Part shown: positions 25,461-39,762 of the stretch, piece by piece
Position numbering within the stretch: position 1 is the stretch's first letter
How the letters are laid out: each line of letters begins with the position of its first letter
Source of the DNA: Eledone cirrhosa
Taxonomy: Eukaryota
Direction: 5' to 3'
Assembly: GCA_964016885.1 (NCBI GenBank)
Contig: OZ024747.1
Location: 75,392,001 to 75,456,000 of the forward strand
DNA: 64,000 nt
Program-made: the position numbers and the translations under genes
The notes under the pieces: generated by a model
Databases searched by the model: none
What the model was told of the DNA's origin: nothing
What the model saw: the letters and a program-made list of their open reading frames with translations, nothing else

Positions 25461-28050
25461 TACATTATTAATTATTATAATAACAGCAATAATTTTAATG
25501 TTAATGATAATCCAACACATCTATAATTAGAGGATCAATAATGGAATCAAGGGGAAGAGATCAAAAGAAAAGGTGATTTTAGGCTATGGTCAGCATTCCA
25601 ATGCCATTGTGATGTTCTATTGATGTCTTATAGTTTTTTAACGTATTGTGTGATTGTGTGTTCTTGCCTTCCTTCTCAGCAATTCTTAAGTTCCATTATG
25701 TGTAGAGGTGTGTGTATTTTGGTTTGCTGTAAGTAGGATGTAGGAAGAATCATCGCACACGCACACACACACATACATGTGTATATATATATATATATAC
25801 ATATACATACACATAACTACAGCTTTATGCTGACTAACTGGCTGGTATACTTAATCATATCAGGTCAACTCACAACAACCATCTGTTTAGTTAGTCTTAT
25901 CATTCTATCACTTAATTAAAAAAAATTATAGATCTGATGCAAAAGAAAGGAAAAGAAAAGAGAGATTAATTATTATTAATTAGTGAACTGAAACATTATA
26001 CATTAAAAAATATCAAAACACAAACAAAAAATAAACTAAAGACAGGAAAACTTTAAATGTTAAAATGAACATTCATAAATATCTAACCCACTGAAATATT
26101 TAAAAAATATATAAAAATCCCCCTTCTCAAAAAAAATATATATAATAATAAATAAAACATAACCATATACCTTTCCCCCTTCCCCCAAAAATTGGACAAT
26201 GAATCAAAATATCATTCTAACATTTTTTATTTTCTATTTCCCACCCCCCCATTCTTACCAAATTCAGCTTCAACATTTCTGTTTGAATATTTTTAACCTA
26301 TGAACAATAAAATATATTATATAAGTCATAGATTTCTTAACTCAACTCTCGTTATTTTTCACGTTTCATTTGTTTATTTTTACCATCATTCAGATTTTAA
26401 ATTTCCTATATATATATATATTTCATTTTTTCTCTCTTTCTCTTGCCTTCTCTTTCTCTTCCTTCCTCTTCCCCTTTGTCTCTTACTCTCTGCTTTTTTT
26501 TTTCTTAAATTCTTTTTTCTAATATCTTTTGTTAGTCTTTTTATATATACATTTATACATATGTCTATATTCTTTCCCTTTATTTCCCATTATATATATA
26601 TTGGCTGATCCAGCAGCCAATTATTTTGGAGGTTTCTCTCCGTCTGGCCATGTGTCGGGAAAATTCCAAAATATTAAGCTATTGGATGAACCAAAATAAT
26701 AAAATACTACTATGGTATTGAGTGCATTTCTCCCATTAAACCAATATATATATAATGGTGTATTAAAGACTCCTAAGATATTAAAAAATAAATTTATTTC
26801 TAAAATCTCAATATGTTAATGCTCAATAAGTTAATAGTAGTTTGTCTTCATTTTCCTTTAAATTCCTATTTTCTCCTGTTATTTTCATTCATTTCTCATT
26901 TTCTTTCTAAAACTAATTTCTAAATCATTATTCTGCCAGTGTTGTCATTTTAATTTTATTTTCTTTCATTTTATTTCATTTTATTTTTAAACATTTCTTT
27001 ATCATCATCGTTGTCAATGCTGCCAGGGAATGTTGGTCAGTTCTTCTTGCTAGTTTAAGTATCAAAAGACAAACTAGCTGGACTGCGCCCGCTGCTAACA
27101 AGCCAAGGACAAATATATAATTGTTCCAAAATTCACAGTCTCTATCTTCATGCTATTGTTACATATAAAATAATCCTGTGATGACACTCACTTGGGGAGT
27201 TTAAAAAAAAAAATAAAACCACAAAAAAACGTTTTCAAATCTAACTTTTAAAAAGGAAAAGAATACTTAAGGAATGAAACAGAAAAAAGAAATAATCAAA
27301 GAAAGAAAAAAAGATGATATTAACCAAAGGTGTTGAAACAAGCCTTGACAAATCTTAAATATTAATAATAATAATACAATCTTCTCTAACAAAAAAAAAA
27401 AAGATTGGTCACAGTACTAAGACATTTGAATGCTGCTTATTATTACATTACTTAATCCTCATAAGACCTGCTCGTTTGTTTGTTGGTCGTTATTTTCTTT
27501 TTTTTTTCATGTCCTTACTAATTAATTAATCTGCAGCTACAGCTGGTCAAATGTTTTATCTATCGGATGTAGACAATATGTGGATGATACTGGGTAAAAA
27601 TAAAACAGCTAAACATTGACTTTTTTTTCTCCATGTCAACAACATTGACCAGAAAGTGACATTTGTCTACCATACAGTTTGATAAATGTGAATAAAAAGC
27701 CCAATAATATATATGACCCATAAGACTTTGTTGTTGATTGAACTTCTCTCTCTTTCTCTTCCTCCCCCTCTCTCTCTCTCCATTTCTCCCTCTTCTTCTC
27801 TCTCTCTCTTGCAGCCAAGTGTTATACTACAATACTACTTCTATATTAACTTGTTTTCACACTTCTCTCTCTCTCTCTCCCTCCTGCTCTCTCTCTCTTG
27901 CAGCCATGTGTTATACTACAATACTACTTCTATATTAACTTGTTTTCACACTTGTCTCTCTCTCTCTCTTCTCCTCATACAGTTCTTAATTGCTATCCTT
28001 GTTGTTACTACTACTACTACTACTACTATTACTACTACTACTACTACTAC

Positions 28051-28081
<31 letters not shown>

Positions 28082-28132
28082 GATTAAGGGTCTTGCAGGT
28101 TTAAAAGACATTCTGTTAATATTTTGCAATAA

Positions 28133-28925
<793 letters not shown>

Positions 28926-29715
28926 ATATTCAAGTATTTCATTGCAATAAGAACATTATATTTTTTTTCCTTGGGAATTCTTCATAGCCTGTTGACTTGG
29001 TATATATATTGTTATTAGTGAAGTGGTACTTTAAATTGCTCTTTCCTTCACAAAATTGTTGATTCAAAATTTCCTTGTAAAGTACAAATATCCCATAGAA
29101 GAACAACTCACATACACATAACATACACACATACATACATACACACATATATATTTATAGTCCCACATATGTTCAAGTTCTTGAAGATTATCTCATTCTT
29201 AGGTGAATATATTTATATACATATATATATATATAATTATTAAAGCCAGTTACTACAGTGACATAGCAGGTACATATGTTTCATTAGTCCTGAGGATCAA
29301 CCTGTTCAACCTTTGCTGATGAAGATGAACTGGATCGTCCTCAGGACTAACGAAACATATGTACCTAATATGGTGCCATTGTTTTAACTGGCCTAATAAT
29401 TATATTAAAACTCGCCCTACGGATTTGAGTTGCTCTATATACCTTGAATATTTTTACCTACCTATTACTACTATATATATATATATATATATACTTGTTT
29501 TTTTTTCTCTCTTAATAATATGGTGCCTTGTATTGGATATACAGTGTATCATGAATTATTGCATTGCGTTGTATTGCTTCAGTTCATAGTAATATCATTT
29601 ATTTGCAATATTTGCATAAGATATTAAACTGAGTGGTTTCCCCTATTTTTTTTTTTAAGTTGGTAGTACTTTAAAAAATTTTTTTTAATTTCCCCAAAAT
29701 TAAAAAATATATATA

Positions 29716-30087
29716 TACTCTTGGGTCCCAAATAATAGGGGGGTTGTTATAAACTGGGGCAGTTGGAAAATAAATAATTAAGTTGTCTCCTTTGATTTTT
29801 ATTTTGAAAACTAAAATTAGTTATTTAGTTTACATATTGAGAACCCAACCCATCCTATTTTTATAATGCATGGGATTTCTTGTAATGATCTTTTTTTGTC
29901 AGGTATGTTTTTTTTATGTCTAAAGAAAATAAATTATTGCAGGAATGCTACAACTTAAAATAAAATTTCACCGGAGATAGATTAGCAAATTTTCATAAGC
30001 GGGTTGGAATAAGAGCTGGGGTCTTGGAAAAACTCTGAAAAATTAATAAGCAGGGGTGGGGAGACGATTATTCGAGACCCGAGAGTA
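29716..30087. mobile_element. Tc1/mariner/pogo-like MITE
   Basis: TIRs tactcttgggtcccaaataat / attattcgagacccgagagta; TA ends. Confidence 0.7.
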
Positions 30088-30919
30088 TATATAAATAAAT
30101 AAACACTACATTTTTACAACTGCAGTGAAGTGTATGGTATTCTGTGTAATCCTTCATTGTCTATTTCCTTCTCTTACTGGAATGCTAATTAAAACAGATA
30201 AAAAAAATTATTGATCTGCATACATCCACATATGCATACACACACATGTGCATACACACACATGTGCATACACCCACAAACAACCTTATCAAAATGGAAA
30301 CAAAACAAACAAAAAAAAAGTGATATCTAATTACTTGCTGAACAAATCTGTAAATTTTTTTTCTGTTTCGTAGACTTATGAAAGACTCCAATTGCATTCT
30401 AAGACAATTTCAACTCTCCAACTTCATTTCATTTCATTTTTTTTTATTATTATTATTTCTTCTAATATTTTTTTTCTCGTGTATGTGTGTGTGCGTGTGT
30501 GTGTGCTGTGTGCATGCTTGTGTGTATATGTGTGGAGTATGCATGTCTGTTAATTTCAATATATACATTATAAATAATTATAATAAACAGCAACAAAAAT
30601 AATATACATTTTTAAAAAAATGCAATTGACTTTAGCGTACATCAACTTTTCATACTGTGGCCTCAGTGACTTTTCTTTTTTTCCTTCTTTCCCTTTTTTT
30701 TTTTTCAAATATCTTTTTTTTTTATGATCTAAACTTTGTCATACCTGCAAAAACAACAACTTAAGTATGATAATCTCCATGAAACTATTCAACTTGAATG
30801 TAATAAAAATTAATGAATTCATCTTTCAATTTGTCTAATTTGTCATGTATTTGTATTATATAACATCTATTCTTTTATTCCTTGAACTGCTGCCATCTCA
30901 AAAATCCTTAAAGTCTGTC

Positions 30920-31312
30920 TCAAACCCGAAGGTTTATCAGGCCAATGCTTATCCTGGTTTCTGTGGTATTAAGTGACTGAAAGTTAAAGAATTCCCCCCG
31001 GACTGGACACCAGTCCATTGTAGCGTTACGGTCTATCTCGAGCCTGGAGGCTCATCAGGCTGGTACTTATACCTGGTTTCCATGGTGCGGAGTGACTGAG
31101 GGTTCAAGACTCCCTCCTCTTGGACAGGATACCAGTCCATCACAGAGTTAAATCTCTCAGCTGCTGCTGATACTCATTTTCAGCTGAGTATATTGGAGCA
31201 ACTTGAAATGAAATATTTTGCTCAAGAAAACAACATACAACACAGTCCAGCACTCGAACCCACAACATTATGATAATAAGTCTAAAACACTTGCCACTAG
31301 GCCATGCATCTT
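30920..31312 (-). mobile_element. CORE-type tRNA SINE with duplicated 3' tail
   Basis: Head at ~31250-31312; core ttgctcaagaaaac; tail segment gtgactga...ggacaccagtccat occurs twice; family members at ~40200-40410, 46478-46555 and 48105-48243. Confidence 0.65.
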
Positions 31313-33536
31313 CCCTGCAGCCATACTGGGGCATAATTATTTCTAATTTAGGCACAAAGACAGTAATTTTGGACTTGGGAAGTTCATCGACTCCAGTACT
31401 TGATAGGTACATAAGTTTATTGTACGTGGAATAGTGTAAAGCAAATTTAATCTCAGCAGAATCTGAACTCTGAAGAAATGTAGCACAGCATTTTATGTAA
31501 TACTATACTGATTTTGGTAATTCACACCCTACTATCCTAAAGGAAAAAATGATACAATATACTCCTAGATATTAAAGTTCTTTTTATTAGGGATGACTTG
31601 GGTTTAAATCATAATTGTTTCTACTAAAATTTTATGATTTTTAGTGACATACTTAATCGGTCGTCCAGTTTAAAACCAACACCTGACTCTTGGGAACCTT
31701 TTGTAAACTCAACTCTGTAGCATTTGAATTAGATCTCTAATTTTAGGATGATTTGCTACCCCCATCCCACCAGCCTCTGAACAACTTGAGAAATTAAAGG
31801 GTCTTGGGTAGTGACCTTTTCCTTGAAAGAGCTAATGATTTTTTGAATTTGATCAATTATGATGTGGAGACTGAAATGTGACATTCGTTCCAGCTCTCTG
31901 CCCTCTCGAATCCTGCCAAGGTCTGCTTTGCCTTTCATTTTTTCGGGGTGGAAAATGTACAAGTTCTTTAGAGGGGTCGATTCTTCTTTAATGATATACT
32001 TTTCTTACGTCCATTCTCTCACTCTCTATCCTTCTCTAGAAGAAATCTGCCATGTTTAGACTTTGGGAGGTAATGGGATCTGCCTGGTTAATATTCCTAC
32101 GATGACGCCCATCAGGTTTATACAATGTGAAGACTGCAAAGGTATTTTATATAATTATGAACAATGGCTAGGTAGAAATAATAGGACATTAATCAAAATG
32201 AGTGCTTAATCATAATAGTTTCTACTTTTGGCACAAGGCCAGCAATTACCCAGTACATTACTGGTACTTTATTTTATCGACCCCGTAAGGATGAAAGTAA
32301 AGTTAACCTCGGCGGGATTTGAGTGCTTAATCATAAGATGAGTAAATTAGTGGTTAAGTTCACTTCACAAGCCTGAGGTCCATATTTCGATTTCATTACT
32401 ACAATTATCTGAACATAAATCACGCAGATAATTGAATAAAGAACTCTTTTAGGTTGGCCTAAACCTTATGAGGGGAAATTAGATTGGGGAAAACTGTGGC
32501 AGGCCGTCAGATAGATAATGCTTGTACTTGAAAATTCCAGCCTGATTCTGCCAGGGATTTATGCTAATTGAACGAATCGAACAACTGAATACTCATCGTC
32601 GAAACCAGTGGAGGATCCGACTTTGTCTTTCATCCTTCCACGGTCGATAAAATAAGTACCAGTCAAGTACTTGAGTTGATATAATCGATGATAACTTCTC
32701 TTTAAACCCACAGCCTTGTGCTTATGTTAAAAATTAATATTATGCTAGGAAGCAGTGTTGTAAATAAAATTTCATGTATTAAAAAAAAATCAATGAAAAA
32801 AATGTTGAAATGTTATCTCAGATATATTTAACTGGTCCTGTATATATTTCGAGGAAAATATCCCTTAAAAAAAATAAAAAAAATAAGGACCACATGCCAT
32901 TATTTAAATACAATCAATGTATCGTTTCATTCTGGAACTTAAAGAATGATGCCAAATTTGGAAATATTTAGCTTTACGTTAAAAATCAATGATACAACAC
33001 TCTGTACGGTTCTCTAAACACACACAAACTTACCGAAAATGGTACATTGTAAATTTAATATTCTGCTTGAAAAATCAATATTTTAAATTCCTGAAAATTA
33101 GATAGAACCAACAACTTTCAACTTGTTCATCTTAATTGTTTATTTTTTATGGTTAATTATAATATTTGGCAATTGTTGTTTCCTGTTAGTAATATTTACC
33201 GATTTCTTTGGACAGTTAACCGAAGGAAACTGTCTTAGAAATACTGAAAGTTGATATTTTAAAGCGATGAATTCTCAGTGATCAGTGGTTTGTCAGTTTG
33301 ATAATTACAATCTCATTATTTCATTCACTCTGTGTGTATATATATATATATATTCCCAAACTCCAATGCTCCAACCTTTTCCCTCTCCGGACTCTCCATT
33401 TCTTGAAGAAGGACTCTTCTTCTTCCTAAGCATGATAATAATAAGACTGTTTTTGCATCTCTGTGTTTGACTTGTCATTTCTTGAACTATATATATATAT
33501 AATATAAGATCAAAAGAAGGTTAAAAGAGTTCCAAG

Positions 33537-33607
33537 TATTTTATTATGCGCATTTCAAAAACAAATGTCATCACGGGATGATATCTGCGTTCTCATCAGA
33601 TAAAATA
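33537..33607 (-). ncRNA. Type I hammerhead ribozyme motif
   Basis: Minus strand: UAUUUUAU-CUGAUGA-long imperfect stem II-GAAA-UGCGCA-UA-AUAAAAUA; 8-bp stem I and palindromic stem III. Confidence 0.7.
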
Positions 33608-35131
33608 GGGAGACATGATATGAAGCTTAAAAAACACTTGTGAGCAGTGAAGTTTTAAATCAACATATCTTATATTATTTATACTCCAGTCCTATAAACT
33701 GTAGAGTGCTACTTATCTGATATTTGCATTGCTTTATTGTGCTACAATAAAACTCACCTCCTACATATATATATATATATATATATCTGTCAGTCAGCCA
33801 CAAGAAATAACGTATCACGTAGTAGCAGATTCAAGCGAGAAATCAGATTGCATCGGTATGAGTTCAAAATATCGTCCTGGCACAAATGTAATGTTCACAT
33901 CTTAAAGCAATTTACTACTAATATATAGAAGACTCTACGGGATGTAATCTATAGTTGATCGAGAAACAAAAAAGTCACAGGAGAAAACCAGAAATCTTAA
34001 CTGGAAATTCACATTTTTATATATTTTTAATAATAAGATGTCTTTAAATTTTGGTGACTTTGTTTCCTATGATTTTATTTCTGTTCATCTACCCTGTAGA
34101 CTATTGACTAGAATAATATTCCCAAACATTTAACATTTAAACAACTTTACTTATTGTGTGCACACTTCAGAAACGATGAACATATTAAGGATCACTGCAC
34201 AGAGTCAAAATTGTTTTATTATAAAATATATATTTTGACATAAATATTGATAATTTAAACTAGATAATTATTAAATACTGCAATATTTAGTAAATCAAGC
34301 AGAGGAAATTATCAAGACTTCATATTTAGAATTTCAGTTTTTATGTTTTTAATATCATTTTATTATTTCCACGGGACATATGAATATGTTTAGAAATTTC
34401 CTGGTTAATACAGTAAAAATCCTTTCTTCGGAATATTTTTATATTTCAAGACGTTTTTTTACCTGTGGAGTGAAGTTGGATAAACAAAAGTGAGTTGTAC
34501 AATATTTTATTTATCAAAATAGTAAAAGACCCTGTTACATTGGTTAATTGTTGCCAGAGGTTTCTATATATTATATTTCTATCATGTGAACCTTGTAGCA
34601 AGAAACCGTCTCTTGTCCAGCTCTTCTGGCAGTTTCTTACCACTTCTATATATTTATATTGTGTGGATCTTGTAGTCAAAATATTTCTATAGATAGTATA
34701 TTATTTTATTCATTTAAGTCATTATACTGCGGTTTTGCTTGGCTATCGCTATTTCTGCTTAGAAGGCTTAGACAAGATATTAGTATTGCTAGGAATGTGA
34801 CAAACACAACGTGCCATGCTTGCCAAACCATAGTTACGTCTCTAGGTAGTGCTAGATCTGCTTACAAAGCTTAAATAAGATAGTAGTATTGCTAGGAATG
34901 TCTCACACAAAGGAAAATAAGCATCATTTAGCGATGCAACAAACATAAATAACCAACTTGATGTGGTGAACGTTAAAAATTTAATTAGAAACAATTATGG
35001 AATAATGAAATTTGTAATTAGCTTTTTGATACTCAGTACATAAAATATGTTGACACAAACGTAACTCTTGTTTTCCATACAGTTTGTGTCTCTGGGTAAT
35101 TAACCTATACTGTAATTATTATTATCGTCAT

Positions 35132-35320
35132 TAGGGTGGTGGATTGGAAGTATCGGTGGCGAGTCAGGTAACAGATTTAGAGACACCGAGTTACGGCCCT
35201 TTACGTTCTATGTTCAAATCCTGCCACAGTTAACTTTGCCTTTCATCTTTATGGGTCGATAAAATAAAGAACTTGTAATGGACTGGGGTCGATTTAATTG
35301 ACCTCCCTCCCCCTAAATTG
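35132..35320 (+). mobile_element. Deu/Nin-domain tRNA SINE
   Basis: gttcaaatcc B box followed by ctttgcctttcatc...gggtcgataaaataaag. Confidence 0.7.
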
Positions 35321-35654
35321 TACCAGTCAGCTCCAGTTTGTTATTTTTCACTTGTTTTAAAAATCTTTCACGGTTTGTTTTTTCTTACAAATTTTGAATA
35401 GGGCACCATACCCAGTCTTCAAGTAAGGCGACCCTATAATAGGGCACCATACCCAGTCTTCAAGTAAGGTGACCCTATAATATTTGGTCTTTTGGCACAT
35501 GTATTTGTAATTTTAATCGCAAATTAGGCCCAGAAAATTTAAAAACAATAATTGGAATTACACCCACCTCCACATCTAGCCAGAGAAAGAAAGGAATTTT
35601 GCACTAGAAAAACGTGGTTTGACGTTTCTGGATTGTGTTTATAGATTAACAATG

Positions 35655-38600
35655 ACAACGTCACCACCATCACAGACTACACCACTGTCACTACCACCAC
35701 TGTCACTACCACCACCACAGACTACACTGTCACTACCACCACCACCACAGACTACACCACTGTCACTACCACCACTGTCACTACCACCACCACAGACTAC
35801 ACTGTCACTACCACCACCACAGACTACACCACTGTCACTACCACCACCACAGACTACACCACTGTCACTACCACCACCACAGACTACACTGTCACTACCA
35901 CCACCACAGACTACACTACTGTCACTACCACCACCACAGACTACACCACTGTCACTACCACCACCACCACAGACTACACTGTCACTACCACCACCACAGA
36001 CTACACCACTGTCACTACCACCACCACTCCTGTCACTACCACCACCACAGACTACACCCCTGTCACTACCAGCACCACAGACTACACTGTCACTACCACC
36101 ACCACAGACTACACCACTGTCACTACCACCACCACAGACTACACCCCTGTCACTACCACCACCACAGACTACACCACTGTCACTACCACCACCACAGACT
36201 ACACTGTTACTACCACCACCACAGACTACACCACTGTCACTACCACCACCACCACTGGCACTACCACCACCACCACTGTCACTACCACCACCACCACTGT
36301 CACTACCACCACCACAGACTACACCCCTGTCACTACCACCACCACAGACTACACCACTGTCACTACCACCACCACAGACTACACTGTCACTACCACCACC
36401 ACAGACTACACCACTGTCACTACCACCACCACAGACTACACTGTTACTACCACCACCACAGACTACACCACTGTCACTACCACCACCACAGACTACACCA
36501 CTGTCACTACCACCACCACAGACTACACTGTTACTACCACCACCACAGACTACACCACTGTCACTACCACCACCACAGACTACACTGTTACTACCACCAC
36601 CACAGACTACACCACTGTCTCTACCACCACCACAGACTACACCACTGTCACTACCACCACCACCACAGACTACACTGTCACTACCACCACCACAGACTAC
36701 ACTGTCACTACCACCACCACAGACTACACCACTGTCACTACCACCACCACAGACTACACTGTCACTACCACCACCACAGACTACACCACTGTCACTACCA
36801 CCACCACAGACTACACTGTCACTACCACCACCACAGACTACACCACTGTCACTACCACCACCACAGACTACACTGTCACTACCACCACCACAGACTACAC
36901 CACTGTCACTACCACCACCACAGACTACACTGTTACTACCACCACCACAGACTACACCACTGTCACTACCACCACCACAGACTACACCACTGTCACTACC
37001 ACCACCACAGACTACACTGTTACTACCACCACCACAGACTACACCACTGTCACTACCACCACCACAGACTACACCACTGTCACTACCACCACCACAGACT
37101 ACACTGTCACTACCACCACCACAGACTACACCCCTGTCACTATCACCACCACAGACTACACCACTGTCACTACCACCACCACAGACTACACCACTGTCAC
37201 TACCACCACCACAGACTACACCACTGTCACTACCACCACCACAGACTACACTGTCACTACCACCACCACAGACTACACCACTGTCACTACCACCACCACA
37301 GACTACACTGTCACTACCACCACCACAGACTACACTGTTACTACCACCACCACAGACTACACCACTGTCACTACCACAGACTACACCACTGTCACTACCA
37401 CCACCACAGACTACACTACTGTCACTACCACCACCACAGACTACACCACTGTCACTACCACCACCACAGACTACACCACTGTCACTACCACCACCACAGA
37501 CTACACTACTGTCACTACCACCACCACAGACTACACCACTGTCACTACCACCACCACAGACTACACCACTGTCACTACCACCACCACAGACTACACTGTC
37601 ACTACCACCACCACAGACTACACCACTGTCACTACCACCACCACAGACTACACTGTCACTACCACCACCACAGACTACACTGTTACTACCACCACCACAG
37701 ACTACACCACTGTCACTACCACCACCACAGACTACACCACTGTCACTACCACCACCACAGACTACACCACTGTCACTACCACCACCACAGACTACACCAC
37801 TGTCACTACCACCACCACTGTCACTACACCACTGTCACTACCACCACCACAGACTACACCACTGTCACTACCACCACCACAGACTACACCACTGTCACTA
37901 CCACCACCACTGTCACTACCGCCACCACAGACTACACCACTGTCACTACCACCACCACTGTCACTACCACCACCACAGACTACACCACTGTTACTACCAC
38001 CACCACAGACTACACCACTGTCACTACCACCACCACCACTGTCACTACCACCACCACAGACTACACCACTGTCACTACCACCACCACTGTCACTACCACC
38101 ACCACAGACTACACCACTGTTACTACCACCACCACAGACTACACCACTGTCACCACCACCACCACTGTCACTACCACCACCACAGACTACACCACTGTCA
38201 CTACCACCACAGACTACACCACTGTCACTACCACCACCACTGTCACTACCACCACAGACTACACCACTGTCACTACCACCACCACCACCACTGTCACTAC
38301 CACCACCGCAGACTACACCACTGTCACTACCACCACCACAGACTACACCACTGTCACTACCACCACCACTGTCACTACCACCACCACAGACTACACCACT
38401 GTTACTACCACCACCACAGACTACACCACTGTCACTACCACCACCACCACTGTCACTACCACCACCACAGACTACACCACTGTCACTACCACCACCACAG
38501 ACTACACTGTCACTACCACCACCACAGACTACACCACTGTCACTACCACCACCACAGACTACACTGTCACTACCACCACCACAGACTACACCACTGTCAC

Positions 38601-39065
38601 TACCACCACCACAGACTACACTGTCACTACCACCACCACAGACTACACCACTGTCACTACCACCACCACAGACTACACCACTGTCACTACCACCACCACA
38701 GACTACACCACTGTCACTACCACCACCACTGTCATTACCGCCACCACTCTCACTACCACCACCACCACAGACTACACCACTGTCACTACCACCACCACTG
38801 TCATTACCGCCACCACTCTCACTACCACCACCACCACAGACTACACCACTGTCACTACCACCACCACCACTGTCACTACCACCACCACCACTGGCACTAC
38901 CACCACCACAGACTACACCACTGTCTCTACCACCACCACAGACTACACCACTGTCTCTACCACCACCACAGACTACACCACTGTCACTACCACCACCACT
39001 GTCATTACCGCCACCACTCTCACTACCACCACCACCACAGACTACACCACTGTCACCATCACCAT
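35655..39065. repeat. 3.4-kb CCA-rich minisatellite (27/30-nt unit cagactacaccactgtcactaccaccacca and variants)
   Basis: Direct reading; over 100 variant units. Confidence 0.95.
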
Positions 39066-39253
39066 TATAGCCATTACCAACGAGGTCATCATCACCAACA
39101 GCAATAATCAGAGAGAGGAGAGCCAGAACGTCTACCTCAAAGCATTCTATCAGACCTTTTAAGGACTCTGCCAATCCGTTGCCGCATGTCAATGTTTGGT
39201 AGCCACTATACCAATTGTTTTAGTACTTTACATACAGTAATATTCTTGTTAGT

Positions 39254-39370
39254 GAAGGCACGTGGCCTAGTGGTTCGGGTGTTGAACTTACGAACATTAT
39301 GTCGTCAGTTTGATACTTGGACTGGGTTGTGTGTTGTGTTCTTGAGCCAAATAATTCATTTCACGTATCC
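39254..39370 (+). mobile_element. CORE-type tRNA SINE
   Basis: tggcctagtggttc A box, gtttgatac B-box-like, gttcttgagccaaataattcatttcacg core. Confidence 0.6.
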
Positions 39371-39720
39371 ACCTCGAAAAGTTGAGCTCGGCGAGATTTG
39401 AACTGACGGAGTGGAGAGATGGAACGAGTACCACAAAGCATTCTATCCAACGTTCTAACGACTCAACCAATTCACTACATATATCTTACAGTGACGAAAT
39501 CTAAACAACAGATTTAGTAATATCTTTTATGGTATTCAGAGCGGCAGATCTGATTCCTTGCTCCAATTTACCTCAACCAAAGGAGTGCTGCTATATCCTG
39601 TATTAAACTTCAAAAGAAACAAGGACTTGTAAATCTAGTATCTAGATATATTTCACAACCAGGCGATCATCATGCTAATTGCTTGCTTTCTCATTTGTAT
39701 AATATAAACTACTACGCCTT

Positions 39721-39762
<42 letters not shown>

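Noticed and set aside
37792-39192. 466-aa Gly/Ser-rich minus-strand ORF
   Set aside because: Antisense reading of the CCA minisatellite; no independent coding evidence.
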